A DNA stretch of 64,000 bases from Candidatus Dormiibacterota bacterium. GTDB taxonomy: Bacteria; Chloroflexota; Dormibacteria; Aeolococcales; Aeolococcaceae. Of the stretch, positions 17,744 to 27,341 are shown piece by piece. A program made the translations under genes and the position numbers. Positions within the stretch are counted from its first letter, which is position 1; every line of letters starts with the position of its first letter. The notes beneath the pieces were generated by a model, which saw only the letters and a list, made by a program, of their open reading frames with translations, searched no databases and had not been told where the DNA came from. The DNA lies in NCBI GenBank assembly GCA_036495095.1, contig DASXNK010000107.1, positions 11,042-75,041 on the forward strand. Reading direction: 5' to 3'.

Positions 17744-18163
17744 TCAGTCGCCCTGGCGCTTCCTGCGGGGGGCGGCGGTGCGCCGGCGGACGGCGCGGGC
17801 GGCGGTGCGCGGCACCGCGGTCAGCTGCACCAGCCGGGTCCCGGCCGGGCGGCTGCGCAGGTGCCACACCGCGGCCAGACCGGTGGCGATCGCCACCATG
17901 ACGAAGATCCCGGTGAAGGCGAGCGCCAGCAGCCAGTGGGAGGGGACCGCGATCGCGATCACCACCGTGGTGAGGCCGACGACGGCGAACGCCCCGGCCG
18001 CGGCGAGGGCGGCGACCGCGAAGAGGGTCGCCTGGGCGGCGGCCTCCTGCCGGGGCGTGTCGGACGGCTCGAGGGTGCCCAGGGGCGCCTCGGTCTCCTC
18101 GTCGACGACGGTCAGCGGGGGTGGGCGCTTGTTACCCCTTGACCCGGCAAAGCTATCAAACAT
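17744..18163 (-). CDS. Small membrane protein (two predicted TM helices)
   Basis: 139-aa ORF with two hydrophobic stretches and a basic C-terminus. Divergent from the oxidoreductase gene. Alternative starts at +12 and +36 nt. Confidence 0.4.
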   Translation of the reverse strand: MFDSFAGSRGNKRPPPLTVVDEETEAPLGTLEPSDTPRQEAAAQATLFAVAALAAAGAFAVVGLTTVVIAIAVPSHWLLALAFTGIFVMVAIATGLAAVWHLRSRPAGTRLVQLTAVPRTAARAVRRRTAAPRRKRQGD

Positions 18164-18238
18164 GCTATCAGGCATCGTGATGACGAACACTACCATGACT
18201 CCTGACACAATGCGAGCACTTCGAGGAGATCGAGGCAT

Positions 18239-19852
18239 GTGGTGCCCGTAGCCGACGCCGTGGTCGTGGGCGCCGGCCCCAACGGGCTGGTGGCGGCGGC
18301 GCTGCTCGCTCGGGCGGGCTGGGACGTCGCCGTCCTGGAGCGCGCCACCGAGCCCGGGGGCGCGGTGCGCAGCGGCGAGGTCACCCTGCCCGGCTACGTC
18401 CACGATCTCTACTCCGCGTTCTACCCGATGCTCTGGGCCTCGCCGGTGCTCGCCGAGCTGGGGCTCGACCGGCGGGTCGAGTGGGCCGGCTTCGAGGTGC
18501 CCGCCGGCGCCGCGGTCGCTCCCGGACGGGCGGCGGTGATCCACCGCGACCCCGAGACCACGGCCTCGCGGCTGGGGGGCGTCGACGCCGGGGGCTGGCG
18601 CCGGCTGATGCGCTGGTGGGAGGCGGCGGGACGGCCGCTGCTCGAGACCCTGCTCGCACCGCTGCCGCCGCTGCGGCCGGCGGCGGGGCTGGTGCGGCGC
18701 ACCGGGGTGGCCGGGGCCCTGGGCTGCGTCCGGCTGATGCTCGAGCCGATGGAGTCGGTGGCCCGCCGGCTGCTGGTCAGCGACAGCGCACGGGCGCTGC
18801 TCGCCTGCGGGGTCACCCACGGCGACGTCCCCGTCGACGCCTGCGGCAGCACCCCGGCGGCGCTGATGCTCGCGGTCACCGGGCAGGCGCTGGGGATGCC
18901 CATCCCCACCGGCGGCGCCGGCCGGCTCACCGCGGCGCTCGTGGACGTGCTGACCGAGGCGGGTGGGCGGCTGCGCACCGCCACCGAGGCGCGCCGGGTG
19001 CTCGTCGAGCGGGGCCGCGCCGCCGGGGTGGAGACCGCCGCCGGCGAGCGCTGGCGGGCGCGGCGCGCGGTGGTCGCCGACCTCGACGCCGGCCGGCTGC
19101 TCCTCGACCTGGTCGGCGCCGAGCGGCTGCCCGCCTCGGTGCCGGCGCGGCTGGCCCGCCGTCGCCACGGCAGCGGCATGTTCAAGCTCGACCTCGCCCT
19201 CGCCGGCACCGCGCCCTGGGCGGCGGAGGAGCTGCGCGACTGCGGCGTGGTCCACCTCTGCGGCGACCTCGACACCACCGCGGAGGCGCAGCACCAGGTG
19301 GGCCGCGGCCTGCTCCCCGCCCGCCCCCAGCTGATCTGCGGGCAGCAGTCGCTCGCCGACGCGAGCCGCGCGCCCGCCGGCGGCGCCACCCTCTGGGTCG
19401 AGTGCCACGTGCCCGGGGCCCCGCGCGGGGACGCCGCCGGCGAGATCGGCGGCGAGGGCTGGGCGGCGCTGCGCGACGGCTTCACCGAGCGGGTGCTCGC
19501 CCGGCTCGAGGAGCACGCCCCCGGGCTCCGGTCGCGGCTGCTCGGGATGGCGGTGCGCTCGCCCGCCGACCTCGAGGCGGAGAACCCCAACCTGGTCGGC
19601 GGCGACGTCGCCGGCGGCTCGTACGCGCTCGATCAGCAGGCGGTCTTCCGGCCGCTGCCGGGGTGGTCGCGGTACCGGATGCCGCTCGCCGGTCTCTACC
19701 TCTGCTCCGGCTCCACCCATCCCGGCGGCGGGGTGCACGGCATGGGTGGCCGCAACTGCGCCCGCCGCGTGCTCGCCGACGCCGGCGCCGGCCGGGTGCT
19801 GGCCCGGCTCGGACGGCGACGGGATCGGGGCGAGCCCGCCGCCGAGCTCTGA
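18239..19852 (+). CDS. NAD(P)/FAD-dependent oxidoreductase, phytoene-desaturase (CrtI)-like
   Basis: N-terminal dinucleotide-binding motif [20 protein letters not shown]. 537 aa. GTG start. Confidence 0.75.
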   Translation: MVPVADAVVVGAGPNGLVAAALLARAGWDVAVLERATEPGGAVRSGEVTLPGYVHDLYSAFYPMLWASPVLAELGLDRRVEWAGFEVPAGAAVAPGRAAVIHRDPETTASRLGGVDAGGWRRLMRWWEAAGRPLLETLLAPLPPLRPAAGLVRRTGVAGALGCVRLMLEPMESVARRLLVSDSARALLACGVTHGDVPVDACGSTPAALMLAVTGQALGMPIPTGGAGRLTAALVDVLTEAGGRLRTATEARRVLVERGRAAGVETAAGERWRARRAVVADLDAGRLLLDLVGAERLPASVPARLARRRHGSGMFKLDLALAGTAPWAAEELRDCGVVHLCGDLDTTAEAQHQVGRGLLPARPQLICGQQSLADASRAPAGGATLWVECHVPGAPRGDAAGEIGGEGWAALRDGFTERVLARLEEHAPGLRSRLLGMAVRSPADLEAENPNLVGGDVAGGSYALDQQAVFRPLPGWSRYRMPLAGLYLCSGSTHPGGGVHGMGGRNCARRVLADAGAGRVLARLGRRRDRGEPAAEL

Positions 19853-19858
19853 GCCATA

Positions 19859-20527
19859 TCAGCCGCCCAACAGGGAGTCGACCACCGCTGGGAGGACCAT
19901 CAGGTCGGGGATCACCGCCGACGCCAGGCCAGGGTCCTCGGAGCCGTGGTCGCGGTTCACCCAGACCGACGGCACCCCCAGCCGGTGGGCGGGCGCGATG
20001 TCGTGGAACCAGCTGCAGGCGGCGTGGACCCACTCCCCGGGCGCCGCTCCGGAGAGCTCGCGGAAGCGCTCGAAGTGGGCGGGTCCGGGCTTGTAGCTCT
20101 CCACGTCGGCGGCGGTCACCACCAGGTCGATCTCCACCGGCAGCCGCTCGCGGGTGGCGGCGAAGAGGTCGGGGTCGACGTTGGAGAGCACCGCGAGCCG
20201 GTATCCGGCGTCGTGGAGCGCCCCCAGCGAGGGGCCGACGTCGTCGAACACCGGCCACTCCGGGAGGCTGGCGGCGAGCGCCTGGTCGGCGCCCGCGCCG
20301 AGCTCGATCCCGGCGATCCGCGCGCTCCGCCGCAGCCCCTCGGCGAGCACCTCGCGGTAGCGGCGGAAGGGCCGCTCCGCCTGCACCTCGGGCTCGACCC
20401 GCTCGTAGACGGCGCGCAGCTCGGCGCCCCGCCCGGGGGCGACCGACTCCATCGCCGCGGCGATGCCGCGGTTCCAGTCGACCAGGGTGCCGTAGCAGTC
20501 GAAGGTGACCCAGCCGGGTGCGCTCAT
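19859..20527 (-). CDS. HAD-superfamily hydrolase (haloacid dehalogenase type II-like)
   Basis: Motif I FDCYGTLVDW and the downstream HAD motifs. Confidence 0.8.
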   Translation of the reverse strand: MSAPGWVTFDCYGTLVDWNRGIAAAMESVAPGRGAELRAVYERVEPEVQAERPFRRYREVLAEGLRRSARIAGIELGAGADQALAASLPEWPVFDDVGPSLGALHDAGYRLAVLSNVDPDLFAATRERLPVEIDLVVTAADVESYKPGPAHFERFRELSGAAPGEWVHAACSWFHDIAPAHRLGVPSVWVNRDHGSEDPGLASAVIPDLMVLPAVVDSLLGG

Positions 20528-20543
20528 GCCGCGGATTGTGCGC

Positions 20544-21170
20544 TCAGCCGAGGTCGGGGCGGCAGCCGTGCTCGCGGGCCACGGCCTCGAGGCTGCGCTG
20601 GGGAACCACCGGCACGCCGTAGCCGGCGGCGACCCGGCGCACCACCGATTCCGACGCCCACGGGCTCTGGGCGGCGCGCTCGGCGGCCCAGTCGGCGTCG
20701 GGCTCGACCCGGGCGAGGTAGCGAGCGAGCATGGCCTCGCAGCAGCCGCGGTCGGGGGCCGACAGCGCCACGATCCGGGCCCGGCCGGCGCGCCAGCCCT
20801 CGCGGTGCAGCACGACCCGGTCTCCCCAGCCCATCACCGCGCCGAGCACCGCCCCCAGCGGGTGCAGCCCGAGCGCGGTGGCGACCGCGTCGGCGGCCTG
20901 GCCGACGGCGGTGTCGTCGAGCTGCCACCAGGCGTACAGCCCGCACTCGCAGCGTTCGTCGGGGGGGTCGTGGGGCATCCGGCCGAGGCCGCACGCCGCG
21001 GTCTCATTCGCCGACCGCCAGGCGGAGTGGGGGAGGACCTGGCTGCGGAGCACGACCGCGCCCGACGCCTCCTCGGCGGCGATCCAGGCGCGCACCCCGG
21101 CGACGGGGCCGTCGAGCGCCGGCGCCGGCCCGGGCTCGGCGCGGCGGGCGCTGGCGCGGAAGAGGCGCAC
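20544..21170 (-). CDS. Hypothetical protein (CxC-containing)
   Basis: 208-aa ORF with high GC3 and a DERCECGLYAWW motif. Function unknown. Confidence 0.45.
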   Translation of the reverse strand: MRLFRASARRAEPGPAPALDGPVAGVRAWIAAEEASGAVVLRSQVLPHSAWRSANETAACGLGRMPHDPPDERCECGLYAWWQLDDTAVGQAADAVATALGLHPLGAVLGAVMGWGDRVVLHREGWRAGRARIVALSAPDRGCCEAMLARYLARVEPDADWAAERAAQSPWASESVVRRVAAGYGVPVVPQRSLEAVAREHGCRPDLG

Positions 21171-21357
21171 CTCCGGCTACGCGCGGACCGGCTCGCCTCG
21201 CTCCTCGCGACGCGGCGCCGGGTCGCGTTCGCGGCTGGGTGCGGGAACCCGCTCGGGCAGCGGCACCCGGGAGGGCTCGGGGACCTCGACGGTCCTCACC
21301 GGCTTGCTCAGGAAGCCCATCGCGCCCGCCCTCCAGTCGGCCCGACCTCGACGGTAC

Positions 21358-22401
21358 TCAGGATACCGGCGGGCCGGCGGCGACGACGATCCCGGCTTCG
21401 ACCCGGGTGGCGTCGGTCTGGCCGGCCAGGGTCATCGCGTTCGCGGTCTCGGCGGCCAGCCGGCGCAGCAGCGCCCCCACCCCCGCCTCGCCGCCGAGGG
21501 CGAGCGCCCAGAGGTAGGGCCGCCCCACCAGCACCGCCCGGGCGCCGAGCGCCAGCGCGCGGAGCACGTCGGCGCCGCTGCGCACCCCGCCGTCGACGTA
21601 CACCTCCAGCCCGCCGGCGATCGCCGCCACCACCTCGGGCAGCGCCAGCGCGGGCGGGATCGCGCCGTCGAGCTGGCGGCCGCCGTGGTTCGAGACCACC
21701 ACCCCGGCCACCCCGGCGGCGGCGGCGCGGGCGGCGTCGTCGGGGTGGAGGATGCCCTTCAGCACCACCGGCAGAGCGGTGGCGGCGACGATGCGCTCGA
21801 CCCCTGCCCAGTCGAGCCCGAGATGGGTGGCCGCCCCCGAGCTCACCGCGGTCGATCCCGCCGCCTCCGAGAAGGCGGCGGCGTCGCCGAGCCCGCGATA
21901 GCGCACCCCCCAGACCGGGGCGTCGACGGTGATCACCAGCGCGCCGCAGCCGCACTCCTCGGCGCGGCGCACCCGGCCCAGGGTCACCTCCGGATCGGGG
22001 TCGGCGTAGAGCTGGAACCAGGCGCCGGCGGTGGCGTGGGGCACCACCTCCTCGAGGGGCAGCGAGCTGTGGGTCGAGACCACCATGACCGTGCCTGCCG
22101 CCGCCGCCGCCCGCGCCGTGGCCGCCTCGGCGTCGGCGTGGGCGAGGCGGTGGAAGGCGCAGGGCGCGAGCAGCACCGGGAGCGCGACCGGAGTGCCCTG
22201 CACCGTGGTCGCGGTGCTCACCGTGGCGACGTCGACGAGCACCCGCGGTCGCAGCCACCAGCGCTCCCACGCCCGCGGATTGGCGGCGACGCTGGTCTCC
22301 ATCCCCGCTCCCGCGGCGTAGTACGCGTAGGCGATCGCCGGCAGCCGCTCGCGCGCCGCCGCCTCCAGCGCGGCCGGGTCCCAGGGCAGCTCCCCGTTCA
22401 T
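21358..22401 (-). CDS. FMN-dependent alpha-hydroxy-acid oxidase/dehydrogenase (L-lactate oxidase / LldD family)
   Basis: TIM-barrel FMN motifs VVSNHGGRQLDG and VYVDGGVRSGADV. 347 aa. Confidence 0.8.
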   Translation of the reverse strand: MNGELPWDPAALEAAARERLPAIAYAYYAAGAGMETSVAANPRAWERWWLRPRVLVDVATVSTATTVQGTPVALPVLLAPCAFHRLAHADAEAATARAAAAAGTVMVVSTHSSLPLEEVVPHATAGAWFQLYADPDPEVTLGRVRRAEECGCGALVITVDAPVWGVRYRGLGDAAAFSEAAGSTAVSSGAATHLGLDWAGVERIVAATALPVVLKGILHPDDAARAAAAGVAGVVVSNHGGRQLDGAIPPALALPEVVAAIAGGLEVYVDGGVRSGADVLRALALGARAVLVGRPYLWALALGGEAGVGALLRRLAAETANAMTLAGQTDATRVEAGIVVAAGPPVS

Positions 22402-22490
22402 GCTGACGATGCTGCCAGCGGAGTCGCCGCTGGCGCATCCCCCGGCATAAGCTCGACACCTCTGGGAGGAGGTCAGGGGGAGGGTCGTCG

Positions 22491-24107
22491 ATGCCCGCGC
22501 TGTTCCGTCAGGTGCTCGACCCGGCGCACAACCTGGGGCTGACCTCGCTGCTGGCGCTGGTGCCGGTGGTGGCGCTGCTGGTGATGCTCGCCGCCCTCCG
22601 GGTCACCGCCTGGCTGGCGGCGGTGATCGGATCGGCGGTGACGCTGCTGCTCGCGGTCACGGTGTGGCAGGCGCCGGCCGGCCCCGCGCTGCGCGCCTAC
22701 GTCTACGGGAGCGCCACCGGGGTGCTCGCCGTCGACTGGATCACGTTCTGGGGCGTGGTCATCTTCAACACCCTGGTGGTCACCGGGGTCTTCACCACCT
22801 TCCAGCGCTGGCTGGTCTCCCAGGCGACCGCCGACGTGCGGGTGCAGGCGATGCTGCTCGCCTGGGCCTTCGGCGCGCTGCTCGAGGGGCTGGTGGGGTT
22901 CGGTTACCCGTGGGCGGTGGTGGCGCCGATCCTCGTCGGCCTGGGGATCGCCGAGCTCGACGCCATCCGGGTCGCCGCCATCGCCAACAACGCGCCGGTG
23001 TCCTTCGGTGCCCTGGGAGCGCCGATCATCGGCCTCGCCGCGGTCACCGGCCTGCAGACCTCGGTGCTCGCCGCGTCGGTGGGGAGGGTGGTGGCGGTGC
23101 TGGCGCTGCTGCCGCCGTGGATCCTCATCTACCTGGTCAGCGGGCGCCGCGGGCTCCGCGACGGCTGGCCGCTCGCCGTGGTCGGCTCGCTCGGGTACGT
23201 CGCCGGCCAGCTGCCGGTCTCGCAGCTCTTCGGTCCCTACCTGCCCGACGTGGTCGGCTCGCTCACCTGCTTCGCCTCACTGCTGCTGCTGCTGCGCTTC
23301 TGGCGGCCCCGCGAGGTGCTCGGCTACCGGGGCGTCCCCCTCCACGGCGCCGCCGCGACCCAGGAGGCGGCCGGGCTGCCGGCGCGGCGGGTGCTCGGCG
23401 CGGTGCTGCCCTTCCTCATCCTGATCGCCGTCGTGGTGGCGTGGACCGGCCCCTGGTCGGCGCGCTTCGCCGGCTACGTGGTGCGCCGCTTCTCGGTCTC
23501 CGCGGGCTCGTCCATCACCGGCGCGAAGCCGGTGGTGGTGGCCTTCGCGCTCCAGCCGTTCGTCGCCGGCACCGCCATCCTCGCCGCCTGGGTGCTCATC
23601 GCCGTGGCGCTCCGGCCCGGCGGCGCGGCGATCGCCGAGGCCTTCCGGCGCACCGCCCGGCAGATGTGGGGGGCGCTGCTGGTCGGCGTCTTCATCTTCG
23701 GCCTGGCCTTCGTCTTCAACTTCGCGGGGATGGGCAACTCGCTCGCCTTCGGCCTCAGCCGCATCGGGAAGCCCTTCCTCCTGCTCGCCCCGGTGCTGGG
23801 CTGGATCGGCGTCGCCCTGTCGGGGAGCAACACCTCCACCAACGCCCTCTTCGGCGGGTTCCAGCTCACCGTCGGGCGGCTGCTCCACCTCCCCGTCCTG
23901 CTCCTGCCCACCCTCAACTCGGTGGGGGCGGAGGTGGGGAAGCCGGTGGCGCCGCAGACCGCCAGCGTCGGCGTGTCCACCAGCAGGTACGTGCGCAACG
24001 AGGGGGCGGTGATCCGCCACAACCTGCCCTGGACGCTGTTCCTGCTCGGCTACCTGGTGATCATCGGCGCGGTGTTCTACCTGGTCGCCCCGCAGGCCTT
24101 CCGGTAG
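22491..24107 (+). CDS. lctP: L-lactate permease (LctP family)
   Basis: 538-aa polytopic protein with the LctP-family N-terminal pattern. Divergent from the lactate oxidase gene. Confidence 0.85.
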   Translation: MPALFRQVLDPAHNLGLTSLLALVPVVALLVMLAALRVTAWLAAVIGSAVTLLLAVTVWQAPAGPALRAYVYGSATGVLAVDWITFWGVVIFNTLVVTGVFTTFQRWLVSQATADVRVQAMLLAWAFGALLEGLVGFGYPWAVVAPILVGLGIAELDAIRVAAIANNAPVSFGALGAPIIGLAAVTGLQTSVLAASVGRVVAVLALLPPWILIYLVSGRRGLRDGWPLAVVGSLGYVAGQLPVSQLFGPYLPDVVGSLTCFASLLLLLRFWRPREVLGYRGVPLHGAAATQEAAGLPARRVLGAVLPFLILIAVVVAWTGPWSARFAGYVVRRFSVSAGSSITGAKPVVVAFALQPFVAGTAILAAWVLIAVALRPGGAAIAEAFRRTARQMWGALLVGVFIFGLAFVFNFAGMGNSLAFGLSRIGKPFLLLAPVLGWIGVALSGSNTSTNALFGGFQLTVGRLLHLPVLLLPTLNSVGAEVGKPVAPQTASVGVSTSRYVRNEGAVIRHNLPWTLFLLGYLVIIGAVFYLVAPQAFR

Positions 24108-24116
24108 CCGGCCGGC

Positions 24117-24218
24117 TCACATCCCGCGCAGACGGAGGTAGCGGAGGAAGCTGGGAACGATCAGCACCCCGAGTCCCGCGACGACGAGGACGACCAGAAT
24201 GATCAGCACGATTCCCAT
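24117..24218 (-). CDS. Putative 33-aa hydrophobic peptide (MGIVLIILVVLVVAGLGVLIVPSFLRYLRLRGM)
   Basis: Short ORF, not in the six-frame track, that I translated myself. Single TM-like segment. Lies directly downstream of another small ORF on the same strand. Confidence 0.3.
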   Translation of the reverse strand: MGIVLIILVVLVVAGLGVLIVPSFLRYLRLRGM

Positions 24219-24284
24219 CGGTGTGTCCTCCCCGTGTCAGTGCCGGTGCTCTCCCGGCGCCGGACCGGCGCCCGTCGGGACCCG

Positions 24285-24446
24285 TCAACAGCCCGGCTGA
24301 CCGGGGTGCCCGCAGCAGCCGTGGCGCAGCGCCCGCAGCCGGTTGGCGAGCAGCGGCCTGAGCTTCGCGGGCCAGGGAGGCCCGGCGCCCAGGTTGGTGA
24401 CCAGGTCGCGGCCGCGCTCGCGGAGCTCGTCGAGGATGCCGGGCAT
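24285..24446 (-). CDS. Small 53-aa protein with C-terminal Cys cluster (MPGILDELRERGRDLVTNLGAGPPWPAKLRPLLANRLRALRHGCCGHPGQPGC)
   Basis: Not in the ORF track (below 60 aa). GC3 ~95% in this frame versus the alternative listed frame 24203..24463. Confidence 0.35.
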   Translation of the reverse strand: MPGILDELRERGRDLVTNLGAGPPWPAKLRPLLANRLRALRHGCCGHPGQPGC

Positions 24447-24476
24447 GGCCGGGATGGTGCCACGGCGCGGCCCTCT

Positions 24477-25028
24477 CTAGCGAGGGGTCGTCCCGAGGCC
24501 GCCGCTCTGCAGATCGGCGGCCGTGCCCTCGTCCTCGAAGAGCCGGAGCTGCTCGACGGTGCGGGCCCGGCGCACCAGCTGGCCGCCCGCCATGGTCGCG
24601 GCTGCGGCGAGGAGACCCAGGTACCACCCCGGGCCCGGCCCGATCGATACCGGACCGACCGTGACCGACGGATTGTCGACCCAGAAGAGGAAGCAGCCGA
24701 GGAGCTCGACGCCTCCGAGCGCGGTGTAGAGGCTCCGATCCGAGACGGTGAGCCGGGGCAGCCCGTCGGCGTCGCCGAGGAGCCCTCGGACCACCAGCAG
24801 GCACACCGTCGCGGCCAGGCCGCCGAAGCTGAGCCAGGCCCAGCCGTGCAACCCGGCGGACGCCGCCGGCGGCTGCAGTGCGCAGAGGGCGCCGCCGGCG
24901 CACGACACCGAGGTCCAGTCGAGGAGCAGGGCCACGGCCATCACCACCGAGGCGACCGCGACCACCCATTCCCCCTGGCTCCACCTCGGGAGGAACCTCC
25001 ACGGATCCCGCGGCGATGTGCTCATCAT
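24477..25028 (-). CDS. Hypothetical membrane protein
   Basis: Hydrophobic segments. Probable start at MMSTSPRD, preceded by a GAGGGGG RBS. Confidence 0.5.
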   Translation of the reverse strand: MMSTSPRDPWRFLPRWSQGEWVVAVASVVMAVALLLDWTSVSCAGGALCALQPPAASAGLHGWAWLSFGGLAATVCLLVVRGLLGDADGLPRLTVSDRSLYTALGGVELLGCFLFWVDNPSVTVGPVSIGPGPGWYLGLLAAAATMAGGQLVRRARTVEQLRLFEDEGTAADLQSGGLGTTPR

Positions 25029-25085
25029 GTCCGCACCCCCTCTTAATGATATTGACACTATATCATCGGCGCTCCGGCGCCAGGG

Positions 25086-25871
25086 TCAGGGGGTCGGGAT
25101 CGCCTCCTCCGCCAGCCAGGGCCGGAGCAGCCCGGTGAGCGCGTCGGGATTCTCCATCGGGAGCATGTGGCCCGCCCCGGCGACGACCAGGGGCGGCTGC
25201 CGGAGCGCGCCCGGGATGGTGCCGGCGAGCCAGCGCGCGGTCTCGACGAACTCGGGGAGGTCGAGGTCGCCGACCACCACCAGGGTGGGGGTCTCGATCG
25301 CCGCCGCGGCCGCCACCACCTGCCGTCCCAGGCCGCGCGGCGCCGGACCGGTGAAGGTGCTGAGGTCGTTGGCGCCGACGATCTCCCGCAGCCGCGCCGC
25401 CACCTCGGGGATCGCCCGTGCGGCGGCGAAGAGGCGGTCGCCGAGCCAGGCCTCCCGGGCCACGTCGGCGCCCTTCTCCCGGGCCAGCAGGAACGGCGCC
25501 GACCAGGTGCTCATCGCCTCGATCGGCATCCAGGCGTCGACCAGCACCAGGGTGTGCAGCCGCTCGGGCAGGCGGGCGGCGGCGGCCACGGCGTCGAGGC
25601 CGCCCAGCGACATCCCCACCAGGTGACAGCGGTCGACACCGGCGTGGTCGAGCACGCCCTCGAGGTCGTCGACCGGGTCCCAGCCCTGGTGGAGTGGGGC
25701 GGAGAGCCCGTGGCCGCGGCGGTCGACGGCGAGGCAGCGGTGGGTGGCGGCGAGGGCGTCCACCTGGGCCGCCCACATCCGGCGGTCGAGGGTGACGCCG
25801 TGGAGGAGAACGACCGGCTCGCCGCCCTGCAGGCTGTCGTCGTAGTGGATTCCGGCGGGGGTGACGGGCAT
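25086..25871 (-). CDS. Alpha/beta-fold hydrolase
   Basis: HGVTLD oxyanion region and GMSLGG nucleophile elbow. Confidence 0.8.
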   Translation of the reverse strand: MPVTPAGIHYDDSLQGGEPVVLLHGVTLDRRMWAAQVDALAATHRCLAVDRRGHGLSAPLHQGWDPVDDLEGVLDHAGVDRCHLVGMSLGGLDAVAAAARLPERLHTLVLVDAWMPIEAMSTWSAPFLLAREKGADVAREAWLGDRLFAAARAIPEVAARLREIVGANDLSTFTGPAPRGLGRQVVAAAAAIETPTLVVVGDLDLPEFVETARWLAGTIPGALRQPPLVVAGAGHMLPMENPDALTGLLRPWLAEEAIPTP

Positions 25872-25884
25872 GGCGGAGAAGGTA

Positions 25885-27021
25885 TCAGGGCGCCAGCACC
25901 GTCGACGCCAGCCCGGCGGCGGCGCCGGTGAGGATGGCCACCGGCTGGGCGGTCGGGCGGGCGAGGAGGAGGAGGAGCGCGAGCGCCGCCCCGACCACCT
26001 CTGCGGGGCCGGTGAGGGTGGTCCGCGCCAGGGCCACCGCGGCGGCGGCGATCAGCCCGATCGCGGCCGCGAGCACGCCGTGGAGCGCGGCGCGCGCCGC
26101 CGGCCGGGTGCGCACCGCCGTGGCCACCGCGCCGGCCACCTGCACGTACACCACCGAGGGCGCGAACACCGCGAGCGCCGCCACCACCCCGCCGGGGATG
26201 CCCGCGACCTGGACGCCGAGGAAGGCGGCGGTGGCGAAGACCGGTCCGGGGGTGGCCTGGGCGACCCCGAAGGCGTCGGCGATCTGGTGGTCGGTGAGCC
26301 CGAAGCGCCCTCCCACCAGCTCGGCGTGGAGCAGGGGCAGGAGCACGTAGCCGCTGCCGACGGCCAGCGCCCCGATCTTCAGGAAGGCGAGGCCGAGGGG
26401 CAGGAGCGTGCCGGTCCCCCCCGCCGGTGTGGCGGCGATCAGCAGCGCCCGGACCCCACCCCGGCGACCGCGGGTCAGCGCCGCGGGGTCGAGCAGCAGC
26501 ACGCCGGCCGCCGCGGCGGCGGCGAGGACCGGGACGGGCGCGGCGCCGAGCAGGCTCGTCACCCCGGCGGCGGCGCCGATCAGCCCGGTCCGCCGGCCGC
26601 GGAGGCCCAGCCGGGAGAGGTCGAGGACCGCCCGGGCGAGGATGGCGACCACCGCGGCGTCGACGCCGAGGAGCGCGGCGGCGATCTGCCGGCGGCCGGC
26701 GAGGTGGAGATACAGCTCGCCGAGTGCGAGCATGCAGAGCACCGCCGGCCCGATGAAGAGCACGGCCGTCAGCGCCATCCCCGCCCAGCCGGCGCGCAGC
26801 CTCCCGATCAGCAGCGCGAGCTGGGTCGACGCCGGACCGGGGACCAGGTTGCAGGCGGCGAAGAGCTCGCCGAACCGGGCGGCGTCGAGCCAGCCGCGGC
26901 GGCGCACCACCTCCCGCTCCATCAGCGCGACGTGGCTCGCGGGGCCGCCGAAGGCGGTCCACCCCAACCGCCCGAAGACCGCCGCAACCTCGGCGAGCCG
27001 CGAGCGCCCGGCGTCCTCCAC
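25885..27021 (-). CDS. chrA: Chromate transporter ChrA (fused two-domain)
   Basis: Two repeated CHR domains with FGGPASH and GPGP-type motifs. 378 aa. Confidence 0.75.
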   Translation of the reverse strand: MEDAGRSRLAEVAAVFGRLGWTAFGGPASHVALMEREVVRRRGWLDAARFGELFAACNLVPGPASTQLALLIGRLRAGWAGMALTAVLFIGPAVLCMLALGELYLHLAGRRQIAAALLGVDAAVVAILARAVLDLSRLGLRGRRTGLIGAAAGVTSLLGAAPVPVLAAAAAAGVLLLDPAALTRGRRGGVRALLIAATPAGGTGTLLPLGLAFLKIGALAVGSGYVLLPLLHAELVGGRFGLTDHQIADAFGVAQATPGPVFATAAFLGVQVAGIPGGVVAALAVFAPSVVYVQVAGAVATAVRTRPAARAALHGVLAAAIGLIAAAAVALARTTLTGPAEVVGAALALLLLLARPTAQPVAILTGAAAGLASTVLAP

Positions 27022-27085
27022 GCGGCCATGATGGCGGTCGCCGGCAAGTCTTCACCGGGTCTTCATCGGATCCGCGCAGCTCCGG

Positions 27086-27331
27086 GTGGATGCTCGGCGG
27101 ATGCACGATCCGACCCCGGTGCCGGCGGGAGCGCGGGCGCTCGCCGGCCGCGCCCTGCGGCTGCGCCGCCGCGCCGCCGGCTGGGACGTGCTCCGCCCGT
27201 ATCTCGACGCGGTGAGCGCGCTCGCGGCGGTTCTCTTCCTGATGTCCGCCGCCGACCTCGACACCCCGGTCCCCTACCTCTGCGGCGCCGCCGCGCTGCT
27301 CGCCGCCCTCGGGGCCGAGCTGGCGCGCTGA
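27086..27331 (+). CDS. Small hypothetical protein (81 aa)
   Basis: GC3 ~90% and a hydrophobic central segment. Sits between two minus-strand genes. Confidence 0.35.
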   Translation: MDARRMHDPTPVPAGARALAGRALRLRRRAAGWDVLRPYLDAVSALAAVLFLMSAADLDTPVPYLCGAAALLAALGAELAR

Positions 27332-27341
27332 GCCGCGCCGG

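Noticed and set aside
21171-21357. Possible unannotated gene in the GC-rich gap between the 20544 hypothetical and the lactate oxidase
   Set aside because: No frame shows a convincing start, RBS or protein-like composition; the gap is probably an intergenic spacer, but I cannot exclude a small protein.
24203-24463. Listed 86-aa minus ORF
   Set aside because: It is Ser/Ala/Pro-rich low complexity. A different minus frame in the same interval (24285..24446) has ~95% GC3 and a sensible protein-like sequence.
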